Below the pieces are notes generated by a model, which was not told the origin of the DNA, ran no database searches, and worked only from the letters and a program-made list of their open reading frames with translations. Positions 1 through 11,148 of a stretch of DNA of 64,000 nt are shown here, piece after piece. Origin of the DNA: Deltaproteobacteria bacterium (GTDB lineage: Bacteria > Myxococcota_A > Polyangia > JAAYKL01); contig JAUVDV010000022.1 in NCBI GenBank assembly GCA_030595125.1, positions 3,064-67,063 of the forward strand, in the 5' to 3' direction. The position numbers and the translations under genes are program-made. Position 1 is the stretch's first letter, and every line of letters starts with the position of its first letter.

Positions 1-1170
1 CTCGGCAAGGCCCGGGACGCCCGACCGAGGGACGTGGAGGAGGTTCGCGAGAAGTTGAAGGCGTGCCGGCTGGAGCTTGCTCGCATTAGGATCGAGGAGG
101 CGGACGAGCTCGCCGCGCAGGGTTACGTGGAAGAGGCCCGGGAGATCCTCGCCGATATTCCCGCGATCTGTGATGACGAATCGATCCGGGAGGAGGCCGG
201 CGAGCACAGGAGTCGTTACGATGCGGACGAGGCGAGACGCCTGGCTTCCGAGGGCGAGGACATGACCGAGGAGGATCTGCTGGCGGTCATCGCCGGAACC
301 TGGACCGAGGCTCAGGCGGAAGAGTACGCATCCCTGCCTGATTCTTTCCGGGAGGCCATATTACTTGGACACGACGAAAAACACGAGCGCGCGGCCGAGA
401 TCATGAAGGAAGTTCTGGGTCTCGAGGAGCCGGACGTAGAGCCCAGGTACGCCTATTTCGAGCTGGGCAAGGAACTGGCGCAAGCTGGAATGTCAGAAGA
501 ATCCATGGAGATGATCGACCAGTTTCTGACCATAACGCAGGACGATGAGGAAGCCGTCGAGATGCGTATGGCCGCGGTGACGGTGAAGGGCAGTTTGTTG
601 CTCGACCTCAACCGCGTGGAGGAAGCGGATGAGGTGCTCGTCGCGGCCACAAAGGAAATCCCCGGCCATCACGCTCCCTTCCTCAACCTGGGGGTGTTCC
701 TGAGGAACCGGGGAGAGATGGAACGTTCACTCGCGGCGCTCGAAAAAGCAGTGGAACTCATGGGACAGATGCATCCGGATTTTCGAGTGATCAGGGAGAT
801 CGGCTTTACCTACCTGGCCATGGATCGGAAGGACGAGGCGGAGCAGAACCTGTTTGCGGTGGTGGAGCACCAGGCGTCCCAGGGCAACCACGATCAGCTC
901 GATCCGGAGGCGTCGGTGGCGCTGGCGCGTTTGTACGAGGAGAAAAATGAGATCGAGAAGGCCGCCGATATTTTCCGTCACCTGGCGGTAGGCCACGACA
1001 CCAGAAATCACTTCACGTACAACCTGGAGTCGGCCAGGCTCCTGAGCTCGCTGAGCGTCAACCCTCAACTTGCCGACCGCTATCTCGCCCGGGCGCGGGA
1101 GCTGGCTTCAAACGACAGCGAACAAATGCTGGTTGCCAGTATCGCAGGTGACGAAGGGGTCGATAGTTGA
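1..1170 (+). CDS. TPR-repeat protein (probably 5'-truncated by the window edge)
   Basis: Frame is open from base 1 to TGA 1170; several TPR-like helical pairs (e.g. PFLNLGVFLRNRGEMERSLAALEKAVEL). Confidence 0.8.
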   Translation, partial: LGKARDARPRDVEEVREKLKACRLELARIRIEEADELAAQGYVEEAREILADIPAICDDESIREEAGEHRSRYDADEARRLASEGEDMTEEDLLAVIAGTWTEAQAEEYASLPDSFREAILLGHDEKHERAAEIMKEVLGLEEPDVEPRYAYFELGKELAQAGMSEESMEMIDQFLTITQDDEEAVEMRMAAVTVKGSLLLDLNRVEEADEVLVAATKEIPGHHAPFLNLGVFLRNRGEMERSLAALEKAVELMGQMHPDFRVIREIGFTYLAMDRKDEAEQNLFAVVEHQASQGNHDQLDPEASVALARLYEEKNEIEKAADIFRHLAVGHDTRNHFTYNLESARLLSSLSVNPQLADRYLARARELASNDSEQMLVASIAGDEGVDS

Positions 1171-2276
1171 GGGTGGGTCCGGCCTCGGTTTTGCTGCTGA
1201 TGTCCATCGCGTATACCGCGTGGGGCTTCGAAGCTCTGGATGCCATCGCGCCGGTGCCGCCTGACCGGCCGGACATCAATCGCATCAACGGAATAACCCT
1301 TGCTCCGATCGAGGATGGACACCTCGGTGATGTGGGATACGGCAGCGCCTCCTGTGCAACAGCCGTGGCCCAGATCGCCGAGATCGGCGCAAACTGGATC
1401 TCCATCACACCGTTCGGTCGGATGGATGACCTCGAATCCACCGATATCCTGCACGACTTCGAGATCCCGGTGGAAAAGAACGAGGAGATGATAAGGAGCG
1501 CCGTCGCCCAGGCTCGATTGGAAGGGCTGAAGGTAGCGATCATTCCTCACATCTATGTCATGTCCGGCGAGTGGCGCGGGGAGATCGATCCCGGAAGTGA
1601 TCCGGCATGGGACGCGTGGTTCAAATCATACACGGATTTCGTTATTCGCTTCGCGATGCTCAGCGAAGAAGTCGGGGCCGATCTATTTTCCGTCGGCGTG
1701 GAGTTCAAGAGCTCTACTAACTTTCGGCCCCACAAGTGGCGCGCCCTGATAGTTAAGGTGCGGGAGGTGTACCGGGGGCCCCTCACGTATTCGGCGAACT
1801 GGGACGAGGTCGACCAGGTTCCATTCTGGGACGCTCTGGACATGATCGGCGTCAATGCTTTCTGGCCGCTGGCGACCAAACCCAAAGACGGATACGCGGT
1901 GATGCGCGACAGGGCTCGACAGGTGGCCCTTGATCTGGAAGCCCTCTTTTATTTCTGGGGACGGCCCGTGTTGTTCACGGAGGTGGGAGTCAAGAGCGCA
2001 GCTGACTCGGCTCTGGCGCCATGGGAGTGGCCGGAGAATTGTTCGAAGCTCGTCTACGATGAGGAATACCAGGCCGATGCGTACCAGGCTGTCTTCGAGG
2101 CGGTCGGCCACGAACCCTGGTTTGAGGGCATGTTCATCTGGAAGTATTACTCGGATCCGTACGACGAAACCCAGGAAGTGATCACGGGGTTTTCACCGAA
2201 GAACAAGCTCGCTGAAGATGTCCTTGTCACCTGGTTCGGCGAAATCGACGCGCTGATCACATCGACCTACATGTAG
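1167..2276 (+). CDS. Secreted glycoside hydrolase family 113-like TIM-barrel protein
   Basis: Signal peptide; GH113-like motifs FSVGVE, LTYSANWD, FWDALDMIG, VLFTEVG; start overlaps the upstream stop. Confidence 0.75.
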   Translation: MRVGPASVLLLMSIAYTAWGFEALDAIAPVPPDRPDINRINGITLAPIEDGHLGDVGYGSASCATAVAQIAEIGANWISITPFGRMDDLESTDILHDFEIPVEKNEEMIRSAVAQARLEGLKVAIIPHIYVMSGEWRGEIDPGSDPAWDAWFKSYTDFVIRFAMLSEEVGADLFSVGVEFKSSTNFRPHKWRALIVKVREVYRGPLTYSANWDEVDQVPFWDALDMIGVNAFWPLATKPKDGYAVMRDRARQVALDLEALFYFWGRPVLFTEVGVKSAADSALAPWEWPENCSKLVYDEEYQADAYQAVFEAVGHEPWFEGMFIWKYYSDPYDETQEVITGFSPKNKLAEDVLVTWFGEIDALITSTYM

Positions 2277-2433
2277 GTCATATTCCTACATTCCCCTTTA
2301 ATTTCAAGTACATAGAAGACTCTGCCCTGTTACGATAGACCGCCAATTTAGCCAAGAATTTCATATAGTTAAGACTATTCGTCTATAATAGACGTAATGA
2401 ATACGTTCATTATCAGACCGGAGTCTCGTCCAA

Positions 2434-5400
2434 GTGAGAAGGAGGTCGCGCGTGTTTAAACGTGTGGGCAAAATCCTTTTCGTTTTTGTGATCGTGATCG
2501 GTCTGTTGACTGCCGGCCTTCTGATCTGGATTACGTCTTCTCACGGTTCAAAAACAATCTCGGCCAAGGTTCGCGATTACGTGAGCAGGGAGTTCGGGCT
2601 CGTGGCCGAGTTCGGCAACATCGATCTGGAATTCTTTCCTCCCCGGCTCGCCCTGCGAGACCTGGTAGCGTCCGACAAAAAGGGCCATGTCCACTGCACC
2701 ATCGAGGAGGCTGAACTCGCCCCCGATGTCCTCAACCTGTTCGCGGGTGACCTGACAATAGAGGAGATATACCTGGGCTCTCCGAACTGCCGTGTATCCC
2801 TCGACGCGGCCACCATCGACAAGATCGAAAAGCTCATCGGCGACGACAAGGACGTGGGCGCCGGCAAGGGATTCGATCTCAAGGTACTGCCGCGCTTCGA
2901 GGTGCTGGCGGTCAGCGATGGCGCATTCAGCGTGACCGTCGACGATTCACAAAGAGTCGGGCGAGCGCGATTGGAGGTCGATGGGCTGGGGCTGGACATC
3001 ACCAGCGACGAAGCCGGCATCGAGGCCCGGGGGCTGATAAAGAAAGCCCATGGGACATGGGACAAGGACGGCGAATCCGTGGATGAACATATGGAGGACC
3101 TGGAGATCCGCGCCGCCATTTCATCCGACGCCATCGACATCCGTCATGCCTCGGTGAGCATCGCCGGCGCCACATTGAGTGCCCGGGACGCGCACATTCC
3201 GGTGCCCATGTGGCCTCAGGGGCCGTCGGTGGCGGATCTCTCCTTCGAGGTTCCCCTGGAAATTCTCAACAGGTTGCCCGTGGATCTACCCACGTTAAAG
3301 GGGACCGCCGGGTTCCTCGGCCAGGCGTCGGTGAGGAAAAAAGGCGATGGTAAACCGGAGATCTCCGCGCGTGGGCGGGTTCACCTGGAGGGCGGCAAAG
3401 TAGACGATTTTGTCATCGGCGATCTGGAGGGTCTCGTATCGACAGGCCCGCAGGGAGTCGCGTTCTCGCAGGTGGGTCTGCGCACAGCCCAGGGAAAACT
3501 CGTCCTGGACGGCAACATCGCCTTTGACGAAAAGCTGTCAGCCGACATCCAGGTGGGGCTCCACGGCATTGAGCTGGCGCGCCTGATGGAGAACGTGACC
3601 TTCGACGGTGCTTATGTGACGCAGAAGATGACCGGGACGATACACGTGACGGGGCAGCTCAATCCTCTCAAGCTCGATGCCAACCTGAAGAAGGTGGACG
3701 TGGCGGACCACACGGTCTTCTCGGACTCGTTCCGAAAAGCAAACAAGGACGTGCTCCTGCATATCTCGCGTGGATCGGTCTCCGGCAAGGTGAAGATCAA
3801 CGACAAGTTGTTGATCGCAAAGAACCTGCAGGTTCACACAGGAAACACTCACGTATCGGTGGACCTCAAATTCAATCTCGATGGGGAGAGCGGCTGGGAG
3901 CTGACCGCAGACTCGAAACGCTTCGACCTCGACGATGTAAAGAAGATCATCGATTTCGACGTTTCAGGAAAGGGTACGGTCCACTGTCGGATATCCGATC
4001 CGGTGTACGGCGATCCGCGAATAACCGGGAAGGTATCGTTTGCGAACATGAGTTTTTCCGGATTCGATTTCGATCACGTGAGATCTTCCGTTCTCTTTCG
4101 CGGTCAGGAACTGGTCTTCAACGATCTGACAGTGAGGAGCGGAAACAGTCTCTACGTCACCGATGAGGTCAATATTGACATTGGGGGACGAGAAGGTGTT
4201 CGCGTCGAGGCCAAGGTGGAAGCGCGCGGCGTCGCCATCCGGGATCTGGCGAGATCGTTTCACATAGACATGGCCCCCTATGGATCGCCGTCGGGATACC
4301 TCTACGGGAAAGTGGCCATCGACTACACCATGAACCCGGATAACTTCAGGCTCGAGGGCGCCCTCGATCACGACGAGCTGACGATCCTGGGTGAGCGGTT
4401 CGGCTCGAATTCGTTCGACTTCCTCTGGGAGAACGGTCAGCTCATCGTCAACCACCTGGATCTGGACAAGGGCAAGGGCACCATCTCCATTACCGGCGCG
4501 GTGATGCGCAACGGATCACTGAATTTCCTGGGCGTGGCGCGAAACGTGGACCTGTCCACCATAGACTATCCGCTCATAAAAGATCTGGGCCTTTCCGGAA
4601 CAGGCCAGGTATTCGCTGTCATAGACGGCACCATGAAGCATCCTACCGGACGGGCCGACGTACGCCTGTCCGAGTTGGTTTACAACGGGAGGACGTACGG
4701 CGCGAGTCACCTGGAACTGGAGCTTGACGACAAGATCGTGCTCGGCCGCGGTTCCGTCGCGGGCAGGTTACTGACTCTGGAGCACGGCAGGATCGATATC
4801 GAAACCGAACGCTTCGAAGTGGAGGCGTTTGCCTACGATGTCGATCTTGTTTCGGTGCTGGGGATCGACACCAGGGGCAAGAAGGCCGAACTGCACGTTA
4901 CCGGCGAGGCGGCCCTCGAAGGGAAGTTGGGGGCAAAACCGAAGCTGACCGGCTACGCGGAGCTTCATTCCGTGCGCTTCGCCATCGACGATTTCGAGTT
5001 CAAGAACGAGCGTCCCGTAGAGATCGTCGCGCGGCGCGACAAGTTCAAGTTGAGCTCCCCCGTAAGGTTCAGGGGATCTCGAGTTGTGTTTGATATATCT
5101 GGAGCGGCCGGTCTTGAACGCATCTCAAACATCGCGATAGCCGGCATCGCCGATCTGAGCCTGGTCAGCAAGCTGGTGGGACCCGTCAAGAAGAGCAGCG
5201 GGCATGTTCGATTCGAGGCTCGCATAAAGGGATCATGGGACGATCCTTTCTTCAGGGGTCAGGCCGATGTAGAAGATGGAGCATTTACAGTCAGTGGTTT
5301 CCCCAACCCCATAGAAAAGGTGGCCGGGCGCGTCGTACTCGGGGCGAAACAGATTCGCTTCCAGGATTTCAGCGCAACCTCCGCGGGTGGTACGATGAGC

Positions 5401-6435
5401 ATGGAAGGACAGATGACCCTGGCCGGACTCGACGTGGACGACTATCGATTCGGCATGAAGCTCGAAGGTCTCGAACTCGCGCTGAGCGAGGATCTGTCAC
5501 TCAAGATTTCCACCGTCTCAAACGGCCTCGTTCTGCGACCGGGAAAGAAGAGGAACCTGCCGACCGTAACAGGCGACATCAAGCTTACCAGCCTGAGGTA
5601 CACGCAGGATCTCAAAATGATCCAGGTGTCGGACCTGTCGATCGATCGACTGACCGGGACCAAGCTCCACACCAGGAAGCCGAGGATACTGGACGAGGAG
5701 AAGGACAAGTTCGCGTTCGACATCTTCCTGCACGGCGACCGGAACCTGTTGATCCGCAACAACCTGGTAGACGCAAACATCCGCATCGACGATACGGAGG
5801 AGCCGTTGCGCCTGGTGGGAACCAACCAGATGTACGGGTTCCTCGGTCGTGTCTTCGCGCGAAAAGGTGGTCAGGTACGCTTTGCGGGCAAGACCTTCGA
5901 TGTCAGGTACGCCGCGGTGTCGTTCAAGGATCCGTTGCGACCGGAGAACCCGCATTTCAGGGTCACCGCCGACGGCCAGTTGCGCGACTGGACTGTTACC
6001 GTAACGGCCCAGGGCACCCCGGAGGAATACGAGATCAAACTCACCTCGCAGCCGACCCTGTCCGAGGAGGACCTGGTGTTCCTCCTGTTCACCGGGATGA
6101 CCAAGGCCGAGCACGCTCAGTTCGGTTCTCGCGGGATCGCGGGCATCGGTGCGCCGATTCTCGGGAACGTCGGTGGAGATCTCATTCCCCTGGAGCTGCG
6201 CATCTTCACCGAGTACTCGGAGAAGGCCGGCACAGACACCACTCGGGTGTCCGTCGGCAAGAGGATCACCAAGGATGTATGGATCTCCGTATCCTCGAGT
6301 CTCGGCCAGGATCGTGATATCGAGGCCAACTTGGAATACAAAATTAACGATAACTTCTCGCTCTCGGCCAATTATGACAACGAGAGCGAGGCAGGTAACC
6401 TTGGATTGGATCTCAAATTCAGATTGGAGTTCTGA
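2434..6435 (+). CDS. tamB: Translocation and assembly module TamB (AsmA-like)
   Basis: N-terminal TM anchor, long beta-rich repeats, C-terminal DUF490-like end (..GNLGLDLKFRLEF); adjacent to an Omp85 gene. Confidence 0.85.
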   Translation: MRRRSRVFKRVGKILFVFVIVIGLLTAGLLIWITSSHGSKTISAKVRDYVSREFGLVAEFGNIDLEFFPPRLALRDLVASDKKGHVHCTIEEAELAPDVLNLFAGDLTIEEIYLGSPNCRVSLDAATIDKIEKLIGDDKDVGAGKGFDLKVLPRFEVLAVSDGAFSVTVDDSQRVGRARLEVDGLGLDITSDEAGIEARGLIKKAHGTWDKDGESVDEHMEDLEIRAAISSDAIDIRHASVSIAGATLSARDAHIPVPMWPQGPSVADLSFEVPLEILNRLPVDLPTLKGTAGFLGQASVRKKGDGKPEISARGRVHLEGGKVDDFVIGDLEGLVSTGPQGVAFSQVGLRTAQGKLVLDGNIAFDEKLSADIQVGLHGIELARLMENVTFDGAYVTQKMTGTIHVTGQLNPLKLDANLKKVDVADHTVFSDSFRKANKDVLLHISRGSVSGKVKINDKLLIAKNLQVHTGNTHVSVDLKFNLDGESGWELTADSKRFDLDDVKKIIDFDVSGKGTVHCRISDPVYGDPRITGKVSFANMSFSGFDFDHVRSSVLFRGQELVFNDLTVRSGNSLYVTDEVNIDIGGREGVRVEAKVEARGVAIRDLARSFHIDMAPYGSPSGYLYGKVAIDYTMNPDNFRLEGALDHDELTILGERFGSNSFDFLWENGQLIVNHLDLDKGKGTISITGAVMRNGSLNFLGVARNVDLSTIDYPLIKDLGLSGTGQVFAVIDGTMKHPTGRADVRLSELVYNGRTYGASHLELELDDKIVLGRGSVAGRLLTLEHGRIDIETERFEVEAFAYDVDLVSVLGIDTRGKKAELHVTGEAALEGKLGAKPKLTGYAELHSVRFAIDDFEFKNERPVEIVARRDKFKLSSPVRFRGSRVVFDISGAAGLERISNIAIAGIADLSLVSKLVGPVKKSSGHVRFEARIKGSWDDPFFRGQADVEDGAFTVSGFPNPIEKVAGRVVLGAKQIRFQDFSATSAGGTMSMEGQMTLAGLDVDDYRFGMKLEGLELALSEDLSLKISTVSNGLVLRPGKKRNLPTVTGDIKLTSLRYTQDLKMIQVSDLSIDRLTGTKLHTRKPRILDEEKDKFAFDIFLHGDRNLLIRNNLVDANIRIDDTEEPLRLVGTNQMYGFLGRVFARKGGQVRFAGKTFDVRYAAVSFKDPLRPENPHFRVTADGQLRDWTVTVTAQGTPEEYEIKLTSQPTLSEEDLVFLLFTGMTKAEHAQFGSRGIAGIGAPILGNVGGDLIPLELRIFTEYSEKAGTDTTRVSVGKRITKDVWISVSSSLGQDRDIEANLEYKINDNFSLSANYDNESEAGNLGLDLKFRLEF

Positions 6436-6438
6436 CGG

Positions 6439-9400
6439 ATGAGTCGAGTCCTTCCATCTCTCCTGGTCTTCCTTGCGGCGTCGAGCGCGCTCGGCCAGGA
6501 TATGCCCGATCCCGCAAGTGGATCCGGTGACGTAATGGATCTGTCGAGCCTGGACATGCTGGAGGACGTGCCGCTCCCGGATGAGCCCGATCATCCGGTT
6601 CCCGGGCCTTCGAGCGTGGATCTCCATGGGTTGGAGGGACTGTCGGTTGTGGAGGTAACGGTGGAAAATCCCCCCGCCGGATTCCACCCGATCGAGGAAG
6701 CGGCGATCACTCTGGGAATCTCGCTCGATCGTTCGGTGGCCCGCAAGGCAATCAAGCGATTGTGGGAGACCGGCAACTACCGCGAGATAGATATCTTCGC
6801 CCGCAACAAGGGCGGCGGCGGTGTGGAACTGGTGATTCGCGTGGAGTTGATGTTGCGGGTATCGAAGGTCGAGATCAACGGCAACAAGGCCATGAGCGAG
6901 GACGATATCGAGCACGCCATTGATCACGTTCCGGACGGCACTATTTCGCCGACTGCGCAGGCCCTCGTCGCGCGCAGGGACAAGCTGAACATGGTGTACC
7001 GGCAACGGGGATACCACGAAGCGAACGCGACGCTTCGAATGGAGACCACGGACAGGCCGGGCAAGGTGGCGCTGGTGATCGACGTGGTGGAGGGGCGGCC
7101 TCAGAAGTACAGAAACATCAGGATAACCGGGTTGCCCAACGACATCGTACACGAAAAACTCATCCGGGAGGTGGGTCTCAAAAACAGGATGGTCAGGGAT
7201 CACGCGAGGATCGAGGAGGCCATGGAGAAGCTCCAGGGCGCGCTGGCAAAGAGAGGGTACCTGGACTCCGTGGTCGGCAAGTTCTCCGAGAAAGGCAAGG
7301 GGCGGTACTCGTTTAACCTGACCATCCCGGTGGACGTGGGAATACGCACCAAGCTCAGCTTCATCGGCAACCGCCGGCTGTCCAAGAGACATCTCCTGGA
7401 GGCGCTGGAAAAACGCGGCGCCATTCACTCGACACCTGGGTCGCTGGAGATCGCGCGAACTCGACTGAAATCGATCTATCGGTCTGCAGGCCTCTACCAC
7501 GCGCAGATCGAATCGGCCCGCATCTGCCTGGATGAAGAGAGGCCTCCGCTGGTCGTCTCCACATCAACCCTTTGCGACTCCAAGACAACCGAGCAAGAGG
7601 TCGTCTTCAAGATCAGAGAGGGACCCCCGGTCGGGGTGTCCCGGATAACCGTATCGGGCAACAAGAACATGGATCGAGACGAGATCGTAAGCGAGATCTT
7701 CGCCTACATGCTCGAAAGAAACGGCTCCAAATCCCAACAGCAGCCGCTCAACACCCGAACCCTGGACGAGCTGGGCGTTTCGGATCCCAGGCCCGGGCGC
7801 ATGGGCAGGCCGAAAGGCGCGCTGACTCCCACCACGGAGCCCTCCCGCATTTACATCCCGGATCTCTATTTGGCGGCCATGGAACACCTGCGGGGCCTCT
7901 ACCAGGAGCGGGGATATCTGAAAGCGACGATTGTGGATACCTGCGACATCGAGAGTCAGAAGACCGAGATGATCGAGGGAACTGCGTTCAGACCGTTCAA
8001 GATCGACCGTGACGATGCGCAGGAGTCCGGATTGCACCCGTGCGTTTTCATCGACGAGGATCTCGACTCGTTGCTGATAGTGATCACCGTGGACGAAGGG
8101 CCGAAAACCACCCTGGCGGATATTCGCGTGGAGGGTAACGATCCGGACGTCTTCACGGAGGCGAAGCTGCTCAAGAAGCTGGGGCTCTCTTCGGGGCAGC
8201 CCTACAACGAGTACAGGCTCAAGGAAGCGGCCGCAGAGCTCGAATCGATTTACAAAAGCACGGGCTACATGTTTGCAAAGGTGAGTTCGGAGACGTCCCT
8301 GTCAACGGACGGCCGGATAGCGGACGTTGTCTTCCGCGTGGAAGAAGGGGTTCAGGTGAGGGTGAACCGGATCATCCTGCGCGGAAACGTGAAGACACTG
8401 CGTAAAGTCATCGAGGACAGAATACGGCTCGACAGTGGCGATCTCATTACGCCCGAAGTGCTGTCCCGCGCGGAGCAGCGACTCATGGAGCTTGGTTTCT
8501 TCGACTCCGTGACCGTCTACATGGCCTCGCCGCAGGAGCCCTCCAGGGAAAAGAACGTGGTCGTGAAGGTGGAGGAGGCAAAGCAGTTCTTCATGGAGAT
8601 GATGGGTGGGATGGCGGTGGTCGACGGTGTCCGCGGGAAGACCGAGTTCGGATGGCGAAACATGGGTGGAACGGGGCTCAATTTCCGCATCCGGTTGAGG
8701 GCCAACTACAGGCTGCTGTTCCCCGGCAAGGAGCTCAAGAGCTTCGAGTCGCGCTACAGGGACATGACGCTCCTTGATCAGCTCGAACGACATTTCAGGG
8801 TCGGCTTCGACACTCCTCACGTATTGGGAACCGGCGGCCTGATCGGAATGGGCACGTACTACATTCAGAGCAGGGAGAACCACCCGTCTTTCAGCGCGGA
8901 CAACAAAATCATCCGCATCGCGCACCTGACATCCAACTACCTTCGATACCTGCCCATCGATGCGCATACGGGGATCGAAATAGCCAACGTCGAGCTCGCG
9001 AGCAGCGCGGATGACCTCAAGACCAATCCCCGGTTCGCCCAGTGGGCCCGGATGCCGGAAGGCGAATCTACATTCTGGGTTACCGGCCTGAGGATATCCC
9101 TCGATATGAGGGACGACGTGTTCAACCCCAGCAAGGGCATCTTCATCTCCGCCGGCGGGGATCTGGTGCGCTCCATGACCAACTTCCAGCCGGAGACCGT
9201 CGTGGACGAGTACGGCCATCAGATAATCGATCCGGAGACCGGCGTACCCCAGACAATCGACAGGCTGTCGAACCTGATCCGTGCGAAGACCACCGTGTCG
9301 GGATACATCCCCATCGTGGGCAAGAAGATGGTGCTCGCCCTCACGGGCTCCCTCGGGTACGTCTTCCATCTACAACAGGAGTCCACCACCTGGGCGGACA

Positions 9401-9801
9401 GGTACTTCTACATGGGCGGCGTCGAGACCCTGAGGGGCTTCTTCAAGGACTCATTGGTTCCCGAGGACGTCTACCAGGACTGGAAACGACAGATCACGCA
9501 ATACAGCGATGAGGCGGAGGCCCTGCTCGACGCGAGAGGGGGCGAGTCCATGTTCCTCCTCCGAGCGGAGTTCAGGTTCCCCATGGCCAAGGGATTCCAC
9601 GGCGGCCTCTTCACCGAGGCGGGCAACGTCTGGCGTAAACGGGACAACCTTAATCCGCTCAAGCTGCGACCGGTCTCGGGCATCGGCCTCCGGTACATGA
9701 CCCCCATCGGCCCCATCTCATTCGATCTGGGCATCAACCTCAACAAGCGCCCGCACGAGGACCGTTTTGCGTGGTTCTTCTCGATCGGATCGGCATTTTA
9801 G
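6439..9801 (+). CDS. Omp85-family outer membrane protein (BamA/TamA type, multiple POTRA domains)
   Basis: POTRA-like repeats (I.GN..., Y...GY), barrel motif YMGGVETLRGF, GIGLRYMTPIGPISFD, terminal Phe. Confidence 0.88.
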   Translation: MSRVLPSLLVFLAASSALGQDMPDPASGSGDVMDLSSLDMLEDVPLPDEPDHPVPGPSSVDLHGLEGLSVVEVTVENPPAGFHPIEEAAITLGISLDRSVARKAIKRLWETGNYREIDIFARNKGGGGVELVIRVELMLRVSKVEINGNKAMSEDDIEHAIDHVPDGTISPTAQALVARRDKLNMVYRQRGYHEANATLRMETTDRPGKVALVIDVVEGRPQKYRNIRITGLPNDIVHEKLIREVGLKNRMVRDHARIEEAMEKLQGALAKRGYLDSVVGKFSEKGKGRYSFNLTIPVDVGIRTKLSFIGNRRLSKRHLLEALEKRGAIHSTPGSLEIARTRLKSIYRSAGLYHAQIESARICLDEERPPLVVSTSTLCDSKTTEQEVVFKIREGPPVGVSRITVSGNKNMDRDEIVSEIFAYMLERNGSKSQQQPLNTRTLDELGVSDPRPGRMGRPKGALTPTTEPSRIYIPDLYLAAMEHLRGLYQERGYLKATIVDTCDIESQKTEMIEGTAFRPFKIDRDDAQESGLHPCVFIDEDLDSLLIVITVDEGPKTTLADIRVEGNDPDVFTEAKLLKKLGLSSGQPYNEYRLKEAAAELESIYKSTGYMFAKVSSETSLSTDGRIADVVFRVEEGVQVRVNRIILRGNVKTLRKVIEDRIRLDSGDLITPEVLSRAEQRLMELGFFDSVTVYMASPQEPSREKNVVVKVEEAKQFFMEMMGGMAVVDGVRGKTEFGWRNMGGTGLNFRIRLRANYRLLFPGKELKSFESRYRDMTLLDQLERHFRVGFDTPHVLGTGGLIGMGTYYIQSRENHPSFSADNKIIRIAHLTSNYLRYLPIDAHTGIEIANVELASSADDLKTNPRFAQWARMPEGESTFWVTGLRISLDMRDDVFNPSKGIFISAGGDLVRSMTNFQPETVVDEYGHQIIDPETGVPQTIDRLSNLIRAKTTVSGYIPIVGKKMVLALTGSLGYVFHLQQESTTWADRYFYMGGVETLRGFFKDSLVPEDVYQDWKRQITQYSDEAEALLDARGGESMFLLRAEFRFPMAKGFHGGLFTEAGNVWRKRDNLNPLKLRPVSGIGLRYMTPIGPISFDLGINLNKRPHEDRFAWFFSIGSAF

Positions 9802-9868
9802 AGATGGCGTGATATATTCTGAAAGAGAAAGAGATCTCTGTAGTAAACTGTCAGAAACAGGCAAAAAT

Positions 9869-10297
9869 ATGAATTTGAAAAACCTGCTTATTTTCATGTT
9901 GTTGTTCTCAATCGGCATGTTGCTTAATTGTACATTTACGGCTTGCTATGAAGGAGAATGCGATGTCGGTGATCCTGAAAGCTGCGATGGCGATACGCTA
10001 ATCTACTGTGGCCGGCTCGACCGATGGGAAAAATACCAATGTGATTACTATGATGATGGCATGTGTATGGAGTTCACGGAAGACGAGAACAACTACAATA
10101 GGGCGGCTTGTGTGCTGTCATTGACACCCTGTCCTGAAGGAAGAAGTGCGGTATGCGTAGGAAACAGAATCGGCAACTGCGTTCATGGTTATCCGGAATG
10201 CGTATTTACCGGCGAACCTTGCGAGGAGTGTTCCTCTTCTTCCGAGTGTATTGAATACGATGCCGGAGGAGCCGAATGTTGGCCTCCGAATAATTGA
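9869..10297 (+). CDS. Small Cys-rich putative lipoprotein
   Basis: Signal MNLKNLLIFMLLFSIGMLLNC followed by many Cys; AT-richer than neighbours. Confidence 0.6.
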   Translation: MNLKNLLIFMLLFSIGMLLNCTFTACYEGECDVGDPESCDGDTLIYCGRLDRWEKYQCDYYDDGMCMEFTEDENNYNRAACVLSLTPCPEGRSAVCVGNRIGNCVHGYPECVFTGEPCEECSSSSECIEYDAGGAECWPPNN

Positions 10298-10386
10298 TTT
10301 CAATCGACAGCCCCCCTGAAAAAATGTGACTGGCACCATTCCCAGAGGGTATAAACGCTCCGAGATCCTGATAGCGCACGGGAGGC

Positions 10387-11148
10387 ATGCAGATGACGTC
10401 CAGGACCGACGCGTACACGGAGAAGCTCTCGGTTATCACGAGTATCGCCAGGGCCGACACCATGGCTCCGTCCATGCCCGTGGACACCTACGTCCAGGAG
10501 GCCAACGACCTCTATCACTGGTGCCGGGACGACAGGGACGCGCTGGTTCACGTCGGGCTCGACTGGTCCGTGGTGGAGGACCTGCCGATTCGCGCGGACG
10601 CGGCCGGCGAGGCCCAGTCCATCTGGATCACCGCGGCGTCCACCCGCGAGAGGGCGCAAAAGCAATGGGCGGCTGCGGCTCGTCCGGCGTACGAGCTGCG
10701 CGACGAACTGGTGCACCATATGCGCTTCGCCTTTCGCAAGAGATCGGACCTGAGCGCTGCGGTGAAGAGCACCGCCGCAGGACGGGGCGACGCCAACATG
10801 ATCCAGGATTTGATAGATCTGGCCGTTATGGGCCGCAGCCACCTGGACCTGCTGACAGCCGTGGGTTTCGATCCGTCCGAGCTGGACCGGGCGGCCGCCC
10901 TGAGCAACGAGCTGGGCAGTCTCAAAGCCGAGGCCAGCGTGGAAAGAGCAAATGACCCGGAGAAAAAGCTGATCCGCGACAAGGCGTACACACACCTCAA
11001 GGAAGCGGTCGACCGTATCCGCGAATGCGGCCGATTCGCGTTCCGGAAGAACCCGGAGCGAGCCCACGGCTATGCCGGCGAGTATACTCGCAAAAAGAAC
11101 GCCCGCAGAAAGCTCCGCGACAAGCAAGACACTCCCCCGATAGATTAA
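10387..11148 (+). CDS. Hypothetical alpha-helical protein
   Basis: GGAGG RBS before ATG; 253 aa with typical codon usage; no motif recognised. Confidence 0.7.
   Translation: MQMTSRTDAYTEKLSVITSIARADTMAPSMPVDTYVQEANDLYHWCRDDRDALVHVGLDWSVVEDLPIRADAAGEAQSIWITAASTRERAQKQWAAAARPAYELRDELVHHMRFAFRKRSDLSAAVKSTAAGRGDANMIQDLIDLAVMGRSHLDLLTAVGFDPSELDRAAALSNELGSLKAEASVERANDPEKKLIRDKAYTHLKEAVDRIRECGRFAFRKNPERAHGYAGEYTRKKNARRKLRDKQDTPPID

Noticed and set aside
5518..7500. 660-aa antisense ORF and similar long shadow ORFs (e.g. 5235-6317, 21258-22472, 50567-51844)
   Set aside because: They overlap well-supported genes, carry no recognisable motifs, and are expected in GC-rich coding DNA.
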